Shown in pieces: positions 1-64,000 of a stretch of DNA of 64,000 nt. The first letter of the stretch is position 1; the number at the start of each line of letters is the position of its first letter. The notes under the pieces were generated by a model. It saw nothing but the letters and a program-made list of their open reading frames with translations, was not told where the DNA came from and searched no databases. The translations under genes were made by a program, and so were the position numbers. Source of the DNA: Paraspadella gotoi (lineage: Eukaryota > Animalia > Chaetognatha); NCBI GenBank assembly GCA_051294375.1, contig CM119264.1:20674248-20738247 (forward strand). Direction: 5' to 3'.

Positions 1-1726
1 CGGAGCAATACTACTTATTTAAAAGAATAAATTATAAAAAAACAAAGAACTAGTATCGGAATAATTTTTTTTCGGACATACCGACTTATGGAGTATGATA
101 TTTGAGTTTTCCGGAAAGCGGGATCATAACGAAGGACATTTGGATAGAGTAAAAGGTGAATATTGAGATTTGAAATAAGGGAAGTTGGGGTGTTCAAATC
201 GTTAAAAGTTAAAAAAAAGTGGAAACGTATTGAGAAAAAAATGTTGTGCTTTGAAACTGGGATGAAGAAAGAAAAAGACTGAAAGAGTGGAGTCAGGTGG
301 TAGTCTCCAAATTAGCAACTTTAAACATTTTTGGGATTTTTGGGATAGTGTAAAGTGAGAAAGAAAAACTGCAAGGGGAAGGTGGATATGGGTCAAGGAG
401 CAAGGGAAGAGAAAAAGAAAGTAAGTTTAAAAAAAAAGGAAGACGCGAAGCCTTAAAGAGATGAAAAGGATTTGAAAAAGAAATAGGAGGAAACAGAGGG
501 GAATTATGAGGGGATTGGAAATAGAATAGAAGGGGATAGATAAGAATTGAAATGTATGAGGGGTGGAAGACGAAGTTAGGGTCAAGGAAAAAAAATAGAG
601 TTGAAAAAAAAATAGCAAAATATTTTCGTTTGGTTTGGCATGCCTTGATAATGACGAAACTTAGAAAATATAACAATGCCCTGATTTTCTGTATCAAGAT
701 GAAAGCAAAATCGGAATTTTTTTTTAACATGAAAAGTTGTAAACTTGATCGTGGAAAAGGGAGAAGTGGCGATATTGCACAGATATTGGGAAAATTAGAA
801 AGACAAACGGGAAAAAAGAAACGCATCATGGATAGAATGTGACAGGAAGCCAAATCGAAATACAAAGCGAGAGAAAGAAAAAAAGGAGTCGAGGGGCAGG
901 AGGGAAGAGGAGGAGGGGGCGTCAAAACTGTGTTTTTCTTGGCTGAACCAAGAGGAAAAAAGTCGCGAACCCGAAGGCGACGGATGTCGGGTTTTATTCA
1001 AAAGACCCTGAGTTGTAAAAGAGAAGACATGCGTCTCCTTTAACAGCTTGCACGCATGGAAGAGCGCGCCAATTCAGTGCAATCAATAAAGTGTGCGAAA
1101 GTAGTGAGTCAGTGAGAAGGATGAGAGTTCGTGAATACTAAGTTTTTTAAATGGAAGAGCGAGTCTAAAAGTCTTATGTTCACAAAAAAAAGTTATTGCG
1201 ACTTTTTCACAAAACTTCATTAAACGAAACGGTAAAACGAAACGCGCTGCCAAAGAAGTTAGGAGGTTACAGACCAGACCATACTAAAACAGAAAGACCC
1301 TGTGCGCCAGTGGCGTCAGTGGCCCTTGATTACCTACGCAAACCTCGATGACGCTCGCGTCAATGCGTGCAAAAAAATTTTTACGCATCTATGCGCTTGA
1401 TCGTTATTTACGTACGTTATGTACGTTATGTACTCAATACTCAAGCATATGTTAGACGTCCAACGTGAAGGTGGTAATCTTTCTCGAATTTGTGCTGTTT
1501 TTACTTTATACAAGTGGTGACACTCTCAACCAGGGTCTTCAATCGGGGCCCAGTGGACCATTCTTGTTGTTTTCGCTTCTCTTTGAAAACAATACTCATA
1601 GAGTTGTAAGTATTCGATGCCTACATTTTCGGCTGAACTGGCATATTCACATTAGTCTTTAGCGTTTTAGAGGGCGTCGTCAGAACATTCAGCTTCGTCG
1701 GGGTCGTCTGCGTCGTCGTCAGCATT

Positions 1727-1804
1727 CTAAGCGGCATTGGCGTTGACGTCGTCGTTCCCTATGTCGGCGGCGGAATCATCGGCGGAATCGACAAAGGGAT
1801 TTTT
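1727..1804 (-). CDS. Candidate terminal exon (KNPFVDSADDSAADIGNDDVNANAA*)
   Basis: CAG acceptor preceded by a ttctaac branch-like motif but a weak pyrimidine tract; phase 0 matches exon M; GC-rich. Speculative. Confidence 0.25.
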   Translation of the reverse strand, partial: KNPFVDSADDSAADIGNDDVNANAA

Positions 1805-4345
1805 CTGTTTACCGGTCGCGATTGTTAGAATTTAGATGCGACGCCGCCGTTCCTTTATTTTGGGCGGGGAGAGGGGGCGGGTGGTTAAAAACTGAGGGGT
1901 GTGGGCGACAGAATTCAGGGGAGAGAGAGATTTGTGTTATGGGCGGAGATACTAGGAATGAACAGGATGAAGGTTGACGAATTGTCGGAAATATAGAAAA
2001 GTTTAGGTTAGGTTAGGTGTGGCAGACGTTGAGATACATTGGGTCATGAATGAAATGAGGGCAGTGTGACGAGGGTTATTGGTCTTCACCCGAAAGCAGG
2101 AGCATACGCCGCGTAAAATAATTGCGGTCGCTAAGGCGACGCGCGGGTGAAGGAAGCGAAATATCCTAGATTCTCGTGTGGTGTGTCGGTACTTTCGCGC
2201 GAGGGACCTTTGTGAGTGAACCAGTAATTTAAGGGCTCTTTGTCCCCGGGCCTTGGGAGAGCAGGTACTTTGTAAGGTTAGATTTGGGTTTGTTCTGCTG
2301 AAGATGGAAAAATGGGATATGATAGACCGTAGAAATTCTTTTGGGGAAGGGTATAACAGTTAACATCGTTAATATTTACAATAAGGACAGCGTGGATTTT
2401 GAGAACTGGATTTTGGGCCGGACAAAAAAACAAAAACAAAAACAGATTGCTATTTTGTCCGCAGTCCCCAATCTGATTTCATACATTGCGCTGCCTCGAC
2501 CTATAAAACAATTTACAATTCTTTTCGGAGCTTCAGTGTGCTCGTCGTTCGGGTCCACGTCCTCTTAGGAAACAAATGGGAGCAGCGCCGAAGGCTTTCA
2601 AAATTTGACCAACCCTTGCGACTTAATCCCTATTCGGTTTTATTAGTTATTTGGGAATGAAACTAAAGTTGATGTAAATCTGTACGCCATTGAAAAGCTG
2701 GTCGTCTCCATCGTCCAGTACCGTCAGCCCCCGTTTTTAATTCGCGATTCAGGATTTACTGCGTAGGCGCATAACGCTCGGAAAAAAAGGCCCCTTTGTC
2801 TTCCATTCGGCTCTTCATAAAAACCGGGTCCAGCATTTCTGCTCACACCTCGCGCGTGAGAGGAAATAAGTTCCTGCACTTTGACTATACCATACTAAGT
2901 GCTATGACTCTCATTAAACAGTTTTGAGAGATTTTTATAAAAGTATTTTGAGTCACTTTTAATTCAATTAATCCCGAGTTTCTGATTTTTAAAACTAAAA
3001 TAAAATTTTTGAAATACGAAAACGTGTTGCTGGTGACTTAGAATTACTGGTTTAAATAGTGCACTTTTTTTTTCAAAACGATATAAAAAAAAGCACATAT
3101 TCTTGGAACATACTCAGAACCTTTTCCTTCAGAGCGACCATAGGCGCGTCGATTAAAAATCTCCCCCCCCCCAACGACGCCCATTGCCGACAAAGAGCGA
3201 GAGAATGAGACAGAGACAGAGAGAGATTCAGAGCGAACGCGGGATTGTGGATCACAATTATGCAAATGAGGAGGAGGCGACGATGGCCAGAGGCTGGTGT
3301 CGCTCAAGGGATGACATTAGGCGCGACGATGAAAAGGTGAGAGTAATAAGGGTAGGCGGGTGGAGGGAGAAAGGAAAGGGAGAGGAAGAAATGATCAGGT
3401 TTTATTGCCGATACAGTTAAACTCTGACGTGGCGACAGCTTCTTGGACCAATTGGGAGATGGAGGCAACCGTTTTTTCACCATTGCCTTTATCTCTTGAC
3501 TCTTGTGTCTTTCGCCTCGAAATAACGAATAAAAAAAATCCAAGTATTTGACGTCTCAAAAAAAAAAAACTCTACATCGATTTAATCAGAAAGGATAACT
3601 GAGAAATAATAAAAGAGACTCTAGAACATCAGAAACTAAAACATTAAAATGCAAAACGAAATTAAAGAAATAAAAGTGAAAGTTGGAATTTGACGCAATC
3701 AAGTCGACGTCGCGCACTGCGTCGGGAAAAAAGAAAAAGAAGACAACGACAACGACGGCGATGACGATAGTGTCAAGAACGATGACAATGACGAAAGGAT
3801 ATAATGACGTTACCGTTTACTAGTCTGTGGAGATCGATTATGAGAGCGTGGTTGAAAATGTCGATACTTTACAAAAAGGGATTTTTGATTTGCCAAACTG
3901 ACGCGACGACGAAGTCGATTACGAAACCTGCTTCAAAGCCGTCGGGTTGGAAAGGGGAAAAAATGAGAAGTTGAAAATATGAACTCGCGTCAGTGGAGAG
4001 CGACGATAGCGAAAAATGATAGAAAAGCGAAAAAAAAAGATAGAAAAGAAAAAATAAATAAATAAAGAAAGAAAGAAAGAAAGAAAGAAAGAACATTAGG
4101 AAAAACGAAAAGAAAAGACAGAAAGACAGAAAGACAGAAAGAGGGTTGACAAAGACTCGGACAAGGGAGCCGAACTCGTTTCTATCGACGGCTGAGGCAG
4201 CGACGGAGAAAAAGACATTTGCATAAGGAAAACCGCTGAATAACGTCGAAAACATTCAGTGGCGCAAAAACACTGACTTATCCGAAAAGCCACTTCCTCC
4301 ACTCGAGCGCGAGGCCGGAATTGGGGGGAGGGGAAAGGGGATTTG

Positions 4346-4475
<130 letters not shown>

Positions 4476-4627
4476 TTTCCATATCTTATCCATTTCTCTT
4501 TTAATCCGTTCGATTTTATTGAAGGACGGGCGAAAAGAACCCCACATTAATATTCCCAGTAAAACTACTGAGACTGAATTTCTCTTTGTATTCTAATGCG
4601 AATTGGTCGTGACCCCAACCGATAGAC

Positions 4628-4663
<36 letters not shown>

Positions 4664-6025
4664 TTTAATATCGGTTTCGATGACGAAAAGGTTTTATTGG
4701 ATTTGATCCAATCGCTCTGATGTCGCGCCTCGTCATTCCATTAAACCCGATCAATGTCTCGCTGTGTCGCCTCCTCTGTCTTCTCTTCAATGTCGTTCAG
4801 AGTTTTTCTGAATCCATGAGCAGAAGACATTATTCATCGGAAGAATTTGGGAAAATCTTTGTCGTGAAACGCAGCATGCTGACACACAATGCCTCTTTCG
4901 ACTACTAGTAACTATTACGATTTTGACTGTTTTAATTTTGTATTTCTTTTAATTACTTTGTAATATTATCCTCCAAAAAAATCATTCGCCATTTGAATCA
5001 TGATACGTCATTCACTGTTGTTAAGAAAAAAAATTTGATCCATAGTAATATTCATAGTAATATTTCTGAAAATATAAATTATTTTCATGGTATAAAATAA
5101 AAAAAATTACTAAATCTATAAAATCCTGGATTGGTGGATAAGTATAATATGTATAATTTGTATATAGTCTTCGCTTTTCCATCAACTTGTCCCACTCGCT
5201 CACAGCTCATCTACCTCCTCACTCCCGTCCTCACTTTATCTCATTCCCCACAATCTCTACGACCCGTCGGGGCCTCGGGCCGTCGAGGCCGCATCGTAAC
5301 GGCCTCCTTCCAGCAACGAAACAGGATTAGAGAGAGAGAGAGAGAGTGAGAGTGGAAAAGGAAAAGAGAAAGTGCTGTTTGCTATTTCCTTACGTCGGAG
5401 TGATAAAATGAAAACGAGGCTCCGTCGGTTAAGTGGTGCCCTCGGTGAATGATGATGTGTTGGCACCGCCGCCGCCGTCGTCTCTTCAGCGGCCGCCGTC
5501 GGCGCCGAGTGTTGATTCCATCCTCTTTTTATTTTTCGATTGTTTTTTTGATGTTGTGGTCGGAGGCCGGTTGAAGCCCGGAACGTAACTTCTTAGATAT
5601 TTGGCTGTCAACCGGTAACAAAAAAAGGAGAAAGAAAGCCGTAAAAAATGAGAAAAAAAGAAAAAAGGAAGCAGGGTAGGAAAAGAGATAGAAAAACAGT
5701 AAAAACAAGACGTTGATTTTTAAAAATATTGAGAAGGTTTCGGAAAATTACGTATTTGTTAAAAAAATTAAATCATAAACAAAAAACTTTGAAAATGGAA
5801 TAGCTTCTCTAAGAAAATTTTAGGGCTTCTTTAGAAAGGCCAAAAAAAGGACACGAATAAATTAAATTCTGAAAAATCGCTCAGGTGAATTGATTTTTCT
5901 CGGTGAAATTAAAATTCCAAATTCAGATTCATTCAGAATCAAATTCCAGATTCATTGAATTTAAAATCTAGCTTTTAATTTAAGGAACGGTAAATATCGA
6001 TTTAACGATTATAACATTTAAGTTA

Positions 6026-6091
6026 AATGTAAGCCTTCATCGGCGCAAAGTTAATTGAATTTTGACAAATTATTTTCACAGTTTGAAGTTT

Positions 6092-6143
<52 letters not shown>

Positions 6144-6900
6144 AAGTTTCCAACAAAGAATTGAGAAAAGGACAGTGGTAGACTGAGAATAGGTTAAGGC
6201 TGAGGACAAGTGAGTGAAGCAGAGTGAAAGAGAAATGAAAATTTGGTCAGATTGCCAAAGTACAGTAAAATACATTTAGTAATGTAAAGGAAAAATTAAC
6301 ATTGAAAATAGTAAACTGTGAATATATTTAGCAATATAAAGGAAACATTAACATTGAAACTAGTAAACTATAAAAAATAACAATTAACTAAACTAAGTTT
6401 TAGATTAATAGGAGAATGAAAAATGAAATATGAAAGATAAAGATAGAGAATAGATAATGAGAAAGAAAGTGAAAAATAAGAAAAAGAAAGAGCTTTTTTG
6501 GACAAAGGAAAGGCAGTGAAAATGATACCGGGTCAATGGCTAATACCTCTTGTGTATACCAGTTGTCGTCATGGGACAGCTTGAGACATTCAGATTCTCT
6601 AAATAGATGGCCTGTGTTTGCAGCATGCTCTGCAACTGCATAGAGATAGTGACTTCTATTAATCTATTAATTTAGTTAATTGTTATTTTTCATAGTTTAC
6701 TATTTAAATTGCTAAATGTATTCACAGTTTACTATTTTCAATGTTAATTTTTCCTTTAAATACTAAATGTATTTTACTGTACTCTGGCAATCTGACCAAA
6801 TTTTCATTTCTCTTTCACTCTCCTTCACTCACTTGTCCTCAGCCTTAACCTATTCTCAGTCTACCACTGTCCTTTTCTCAATTCTTTATTGGAAACTTTG

Positions 6901-6962
<62 letters not shown>

Positions 6963-8245
6963 GAAGATGCGCATTTTGGTTTCAAAAATAGAGGTGGAAC
7001 AATCCTTGTCACGCTAGACTATGCAAAAGCTTTTGACAAAACATTTGGCTACAAGGTCTCATGTAAAAATTAATCAATATTAAACTACCATATGGCATGT
7101 TAAAAATAATTGCTCATTTTTGACAAAATAGAAAATTTTCGTGTTGTTTCACGAGGAGAAAGTTCTGATTTGATTGACATTCTGTGTGGCTCACCACAAG
7201 GAGCAGTCCTAAGTCCAGAACTATTTGCGTTCTATATAGAGGATCTCCTATCATAAAACCACTTGCTATACAAAATGATTATTCATGCACCAACCAACCA
7301 CTAACAATCGACCTAAGACACAAGGTCATAGATAATGCCTCACAATATGCCGATGACTCTTCTGCCTGGTCAGTCTCACGAAACTTAGATTCAGCGTGTA
7401 GATCTCTACAAGCAACCCTTCATCGTCTGGAAGAATGGTGCAACACGTGGTTTTTAGGACTATGCCCAGCAAAATCTAAATGTATCCTTATTACAAGATG
7501 TCCTTCTTTAAAAAACTATGATGTGAAACTTTTTTATTCAATGAGAGAATCCCTGTTTGTGACACAGTATACTTTCTGGATGTACAATTGACCAGAAACT
7601 TACATGGACAACCCATATTAATGACTTATTTTTTAAAGCAAAGTCGAAAATATAGCAATTAATAGAATTTCTCGTTATATTACAGGAGATAATTTTAAAT
7701 TAGTTCATCAACTATTTTCATCACTAGTAGTTTCATTGTTTTTATATTCATCACCATGTTTTTTATCTGCTGATTCTTATCACTGGGAAAAATTTGATAA
7801 ATTACAATTACGAGCAATTAAAGTCTTTCATAAGTTTCCTATTCATATAGATCAAAATATTGCCTTGGATGCAGCAAGCATGATCCCACTTACTGAATAC
7901 GTAAAAAATATATCTGTACAAAGAATAAAACGAATTATAAAAACTAACTCATTATTTGATAGTATTATCAATAACATTACGATTAATACTGTTTACACTA
8001 ATGTATCACCAATAGAACGCTTGTTGGGGTGGGATTCGGGTTTCCAACAAAAATGTCTGCTTAAATTGTGAGTTAGAAAGAGCCCATGCCTATTGTCCAC
8101 TAGAATATTAGAATTGATCAGTTGTTCAGTACCATGAAAACTCAAAAAACTATTAATACTTACAAATCATAAGATAAGGTAGCTTTTTAGGGCTGTTTAA
8201 AGTACAAGCCTAAAGCTCGCACTTTTGTTTTTCAAATTCAAATTC

Positions 8246-8293
<48 letters not shown>

Positions 8294-8347
8294 TTCAAAC
8301 TCTGTGAAAATAATTCCATTCACTTTGCGCTGATGAAGGCTTACATT
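6026..8347. mobile_element. Non-autonomous foldback/MITE-like element with long imperfect inverted arms, interrupted by a LINE
   Basis: Left arm ~6026-6395 (aatgtaagccttcatcggcgcaaagt...) is the reverse complement of ~6665-6960 plus 8250-8347 (...actttgcgctgatgaaggcttacatt). ORF-track entries 6090- and 6767+ give nearly the same peptide on opposite strands. Confidence 0.8.
6961..8249 (+). mobile_element. 5'-truncated, frameshifted non-LTR retrotransposon (LINE) RT fragment
   Basis: RT motifs across frames: ILVTLDYAKAFDKT, GSPQGAVLSPELFAFY, QYADDSSAW, LEEWCNTW..L.PAKS. Stops and frameshifts present; 3' (TTCAAA)n tail; (CT)n on both sides. Confidence 0.9.
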
Positions 8348-11300
8348 GAAGCCGAAACATGTCCATTTTTTCATGCTAAATAAATTCTTTTTTCAAAATA
8401 AAAACAAACTTTTCTCCTTTAATTCTACGAACGAAACGAAACGAAAGAAACAAAACAACATTTTAATTGTAAGGACGAATAAACTGGCAAAACTAAGAGT
8501 AGCAAATGTACGTAATCATGTGTGTCGAACCGTTATTTGATATTCAAATTGACCTTTAACAAACTCTTGAGCAAAATTCTTTTCCGTGCAACGAATCTCA
8601 ACGAAACCAAAGAGCCCCGACAACAGTCGGTCAGTCGGTCAGTCTCCTTTCTTTTCCTCTGACGCAGTTTAACTCCACCTCGCAGCAATATCACCGTCTA
8701 ATGTCGAATTCTTCCCTCTCTCCATCTCGCTTTCATGAGAGACTAACATTCGTTTCCGAAGAAACACTTACTTCCCCCCTTCCCCCCCGGGCAAAGGTCA
8801 TTTGGCTTCAGGGAATGGAGGGAGATTCGGTCCCACAGGGTCATCGGCAGGGGTCGAGGCAAAAGTCACTTCAACGGGAACTTGACCATAACAATCATTT
8901 CAGATCCCGAAACCTTTTTGGATTCGATCCGCCATTTTGGATCCGACGACGACGTCTCGACTGAGAATTTCTTTTTATATTTTTTTTTTTTTTGACTGGT
9001 TGAAAAGCGTTCGGGGGGAATGCGAGGGGAGATTGGAAAGGGAGGCCGAGTTTCCACAGTACGAAAGAGACTCTAGAAATGGCGATGGTTTTCGCAATTG
9101 GAATTGGATAAATATTCTCCCTTTTACGGCTTTGTTCGAGCGTTGGCGCGATTTACGAGAGGCTCTTACGCGAATCGCCATATTCGGCGCAATGAAGGAC
9201 GTTTCCGTTCTCGCCGTTTGACCCAATTTGCCTCACCCTTCCACCACTCGCGGGCTTCGGTTCTCTCGACGGTTCCCTCGACGATCGTGCGAATCAAAGC
9301 TTTTCCCATCGCGTCGATCGCGTTTCCAGAGTAATTTCGGTTGTAGATTCTCGCATTAACCTCACGCGCTTTGCAACTTTGATTTCCTGTCAAAATAGTT
9401 TCATTTTCTTTCTAAGATTAGTTAACTTATAAATTTTACTTTATATTTTTTGTTGCTGAAACCTTTTTGTTGCTCAAGCTTTCGAAATTTTGTAGTAAGG
9501 TATGTAATTTCGTGTAATTTTCTTTTAAATTTAACCATTTCGTTTAACGAATTCTTCCTCCAAACCTTAAACGACAAAAACCCAAGAACTCCCAAGTTCC
9601 GACATCCTTCATCCAGGCATCTTCCCCTCCATCACCGTCGCCCTCCCTCCTCCTCCATCATTGCCGCTTTGGCGGCGGCGGAGGGACAATCGGCGGCAAA
9701 AGACGTTTTCCTGCGAATCTTTAGAAAATGGTCGGAATCATAAAAGGGGAAGAAGGTCCTTTTGAAGCCGCCGCTGTGTCGGTCCGCCGAGCCGCGTCCG
9801 TCGGGCACGACCGGCCGGGGCTACCGGACGACCGGGCCCGACCAACGAGGAAGAGGAGGAGGCGGGCAATTTATGCTAATGAACTAAACAAGAAAAGGCT
9901 TCCCCTCGTTTTCGTCGTCGTCCTCTTCTTCCTCCCCCCTCCTCCTCCTCCTCCTCCGCCGCCGCCGCCGCCGAATTTGATGCTGGCGGCGCGAATAAGA
10001 GGGATGAGTGAGTAACGCAATTCAGGGGCGAGCGGGAAAAAGAGCGCCATTCAAAATCGCGGCCCGCACGCCCGGGTTTTTTTTTCTTTTTTCAAATGTT
10101 TGTTAAAAAAAGTCGAGAGACAATCGACAATTACCCAATTAGTTCGATTTATCATCTTTAATATCCTTTCTTTTAGTTTCCTCCTCGCTTTCCTCCATCT
10201 CTTCTCAAACCTCTTCTCCCCTTTTTATCTCGGCCATCCCTTCCAATCTCATATCCGGGATAATGTCCATCATACTTTTCTGCTTCCCTTTATTATCCCG
10301 CACTTCCCCTTGTTTCGGAGGAGAGACTGGGGGAAGACAGGAGGGCTTGGCAAGACCTTTGCTTTGGTGAATGAGGGAGGAATTCAGTGGTCCGATTACT
10401 TAGACGTGGAACGCGATCGAAAAACTGCTCTCTAACAGTAACATACGGCCCAAGTGCAAACCGAAAAAAAACCCTTTCCGTTGGTCTAGGGATTTCCTAT
10501 GTGAGTGAAAGAGCTTGACCAACGGAAAAACAAATTCGTGGAACCAACAGAACACTGAATAAAATGGAGGTTGATTGCAAAAAGAGGAAAAAAAAGCGCC
10601 CGCGTGCGCAATCGTAAAACGAGTTGATTGCGTAAAGGAAAACGAATGAGGCGGCGGCGAGACGACGGCAGGCGGAGCGGCGCCGCAGCTCCCTGGCGCT
10701 CTGGGGACAGAGTGGATGTATCTTCGTTTCTCTAGACGGTTATGGTGCCAAAAACGGCGGGAATAAATTAAGATGGCGTCACATTTACGGGGATCCGCCG
10801 AGAGAGGGGAGAATCCGAAAAAAAAAGAGCAAACGAAGTTTAGGCGGAGTAACGGCGGATAGCGCTGGGATCGCGCGGGGGAAAAAAAAGGGCAAACGGA
10901 GATTCGGTCGGAGCTTTAAAGTGAATTATTTTTGGAAAGAAGTGAAAAAAGTTTTAAATTCGTGGAAAAAAGTGAGAGGAGCAACCGCGTGTGTGTCTGG
11001 CAGAGGAGAATAAAAATAAGAGGATGAAGGCTGAGACTCGAATAATGTTTCAGTCGTGAAATAAAATTAAATGGAACGAAAATGTGGGACGAGACTAAAC
11101 ATGTTTAATTAAGGCCGCATTTTATAGCGATAGCCTGCGATATAGATGCAGAAAGCAAGTCTAACTAACTTCTGTTTAAGTTCAATTATAATCACAACCG
11201 TCAACGATCCGGTATTTATTTTTGTAGAACCACATTTTTTTCATGTGAAGCTAAACAAGAACTGAATTATATCTTTCCGTTGATTCAATAACAAAATGTA

Positions 11301-11951
11301 TTTTGCCAAACACAGACTACAAAAATTCCGCCACGCTAGAGATAGACGACTGTACAAATTTCATTACGATGTCAACAGCAGTATTTTTTTATTCTAATAC
11401 GAAATAAAAAATATGGCGACATTAAAAACGGAGGATGCTCTTTTTTTATCTGGTCAATACAATGTGTTTACCACGGCAAAATAAGGAGATTTTTAGGTAG
11501 GGCAATAATGAAAGGCAATTGAGCATAAATCGTATTTTTTACGGCGCCGACTTCCTCGACTCGAGAATCAAACCTTTTTTTTTCCTTCGCCAATTTGGAT
11601 TTTTATCGATTTTCACATTTTAAAGAAAATTACGCCCAATTGGTACAGACGGCGAGAAAGTTAAGGAATTTTTTTTTCTTTGTTAAAAATTTATTTTTCA
11701 AATATAAATAAAGTTATGAAAGAATATTATACTTTATCGGAATATAAAGTAAAGTCGACATGTTCCTCTACCTTAAAGATAAAGCTACGTCACGAAAAAA
11801 GGTTTGATCGGAGACTTTCTATTTCAAACTCTTGAATATATAGCACCATAAAAAACATAAACATCAACGATAAGAGGGTTTTAAAAAAGACTATTGGAAT
11901 AACATTTAATTTTACTCCCTCTCTCTTTTCAATGAAAGACTGGGAAGGGAG

Positions 11952-12010
<59 letters not shown>

Positions 12011-12816
12011 CGCGGCGTGCGCAATTACAATCACTGATAAGGCAAAACAACGTTAGAAGAGATTGATTAGAATTTCAATCCCTCCCGCGCTTCCCCGCGC
12101 CCTTCTTGATTCCCCCCCTCGTTCCTTGCCCCTCAACGGGCCGGGGTTTTTCAAACCAAATTGCTTCGGGCCGGCGCCTCGGTGTAAACAGGCTGCTGCT
12201 CCTCGCTTCCGCCGCCGAAGGGCGCTTCGATCAACGGGGGCCACATTTCCTGAAAAACAAAAACAAAAACAAACCCCGTAGTTTTTTTTCCATTTTTTAA
12301 AAATTTTTTCTCCTCATTAATTTTCACTGATTTAATTTTACGTCGCCTTTGATTCCGAGGACGCACTATTTTACCAGAACTTTTTTCTTTATTTTTTCAT
12401 TTCTCCTTTTATGTACTATCTGTTTTTTTTATTCAATTATTTTTGAACAAAATGTTGTTAATATTTTAGTTCCAATTTTAAAAAAATTGATTAAGTTAAT
12501 ATTTTTATTCAGTTTAGAGCTAATTTTTGTTCATATGTACCTTCTCTCTCATCCTTTTTTTCATCTCATTTTCCTCCCTTGCGTTTTCATTCTTTCTTTC
12601 AAATGAACGTCACCGTCCTAATCATCCCCTCGTTTTCTCTCCTCCTAAAACTCGTTGAATCTTCCCATTCTTTTTCTCTCTTCTTTTAACCTTCTTCTCT
12701 CCTGCTTTATTTTCTTTCTCGGTATTTTCCATTTGCATTTTCTCTCTCGTATCGGTCACATTCCTCTTCCTAGTTTTCATTTTAGTTCCTACCTCGGTGA
12801 TTCTTCGAGTAGATTA

Positions 12817-12881
<65 letters not shown>

Positions 12882-13265
12882 ATTTCTCTTTATCTTTCTC
12901 TGTATTCTTCGACCTTATTTTGTCCCTCTTCCCATCTTCTCACTCTCTCCTTTTCTTTCTTATTCTTAACGATTGGGGGCGTGGCGTCGATGCCGATCGA
13001 AAGAAGTAAACAAACGACCAAAGAAAACATCTGTACGCAGCATCTGTAACGATGACAATAACAACTTTACCAACTTTACACAACCACAAGCATGCGACGA
13101 CAAGAAAAAATGAGATAAAGGAAAACAAAATAGATAGACTACTTGTGGGAAAACACATTGAAGATTGAGAGTGGAAGACTTTGAGAAAAATTAATCTTCA
13201 TAACAGTGTTAAAAGAGTTAAAAGAGTAAAACAACAAATTGTTAAAATAAGGATAAAGGACTGAC

Positions 13266-63435
<50,170 letters not shown>

Positions 63436-64000
63436 CTAAAAGGGAGGGGGAGAGGAGGAAGAGGAAGAGGGTATTAAGGAAATGATTAAGGAAGGGAGGA
63501 TACTGAATAGTGGGGAGAGATGAGAAAATTAAAAAAAAAGAGTAAAAGTGGGGAAAAAATGAAAGAAAGGCAGATAGGGCACATGTGGGACACAGGAACG
63601 AGTAAGAAAGTGGAAAAGGGAAAGTGTTAAGGAACTAGACGTGGACAAGCGGGGGGAGAGAAAAGGAATAAATCAGAGAGCAGAACCGTCCTTTGATTTT
63701 TAATTAAAGCCTACGATTTGTTGTCTCAGGAGAGCAAGTATTACGCCGTCCAAAAAGGCGCAGTTTGAACGGGCTGTAAGGAGACAGTTTAAACTGCGCC
63801 GTGCGCCCTCTTCCTGTTCACAAAAACTGTCTTCTTTTCCTCTGTTTTGGGGAATCCCCGCCACTATTTTTTATGGGGATTAACGTTTGAAGCCCTCTGC
63901 CTTATCCACGGTGGGGAATTCCCGCCAGAGAGAGAGAGAGAAAAAGGAACATTTGAGAGAGAAAGAGAAACAGAAAGAGAGAAAGAGAGAGAGAGAGAGA

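Noticed and set aside
2001-2020. (TTAGG)3 telomere-like repeat
   Set aside because: Only three units, internal; not enough to call telomeric sequence or infer taxon.

Overview
Eukaryotic, most likely invertebrate-animal, AT-rich genomic DNA with dense (AG/CT)n, (ATC)n and (ACG)n microsatellites and five N-gaps. Most ORF-track entries are microsatellite artefacts. Nearly the whole window lies inside one large minus-strand spliced gene that the ORF track largely misses. Twelve GT-AG, phase-compatible exons (63435 down to 15384), plus a probable 13th at 13266-13490, give a >=580-aa single-pass Ig-superfamily receptor. It has a V-type domain, a C2/CD80-like domain, two atypical Ig domains lacking the F-strand Cys, a TM helix and a Tyr/His-containing tail; the N-terminus lies outside the window. 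The introns hold an intact CsRN1-like Ty3/Gypsy LTR retrotransposon (35495-41777, -1 frameshift gag-pol). Next to it is a fragment of a second Gypsy element followed by an antisense, spliced low-complexity gene with uniform 66-67-nt phase-0 introns. Other intronic features are a 5'-truncated LINE, Tc1, hAT and TTAA (Kolobok-like) non-autonomous elements in nested arrangements, SINEs (an inverted pair brackets a symmetric exon), Helentron-like repeats and several minisatellites. Some duplications beside gaps are probably assembly artefacts. All calls were read by eye; no database searches were run.
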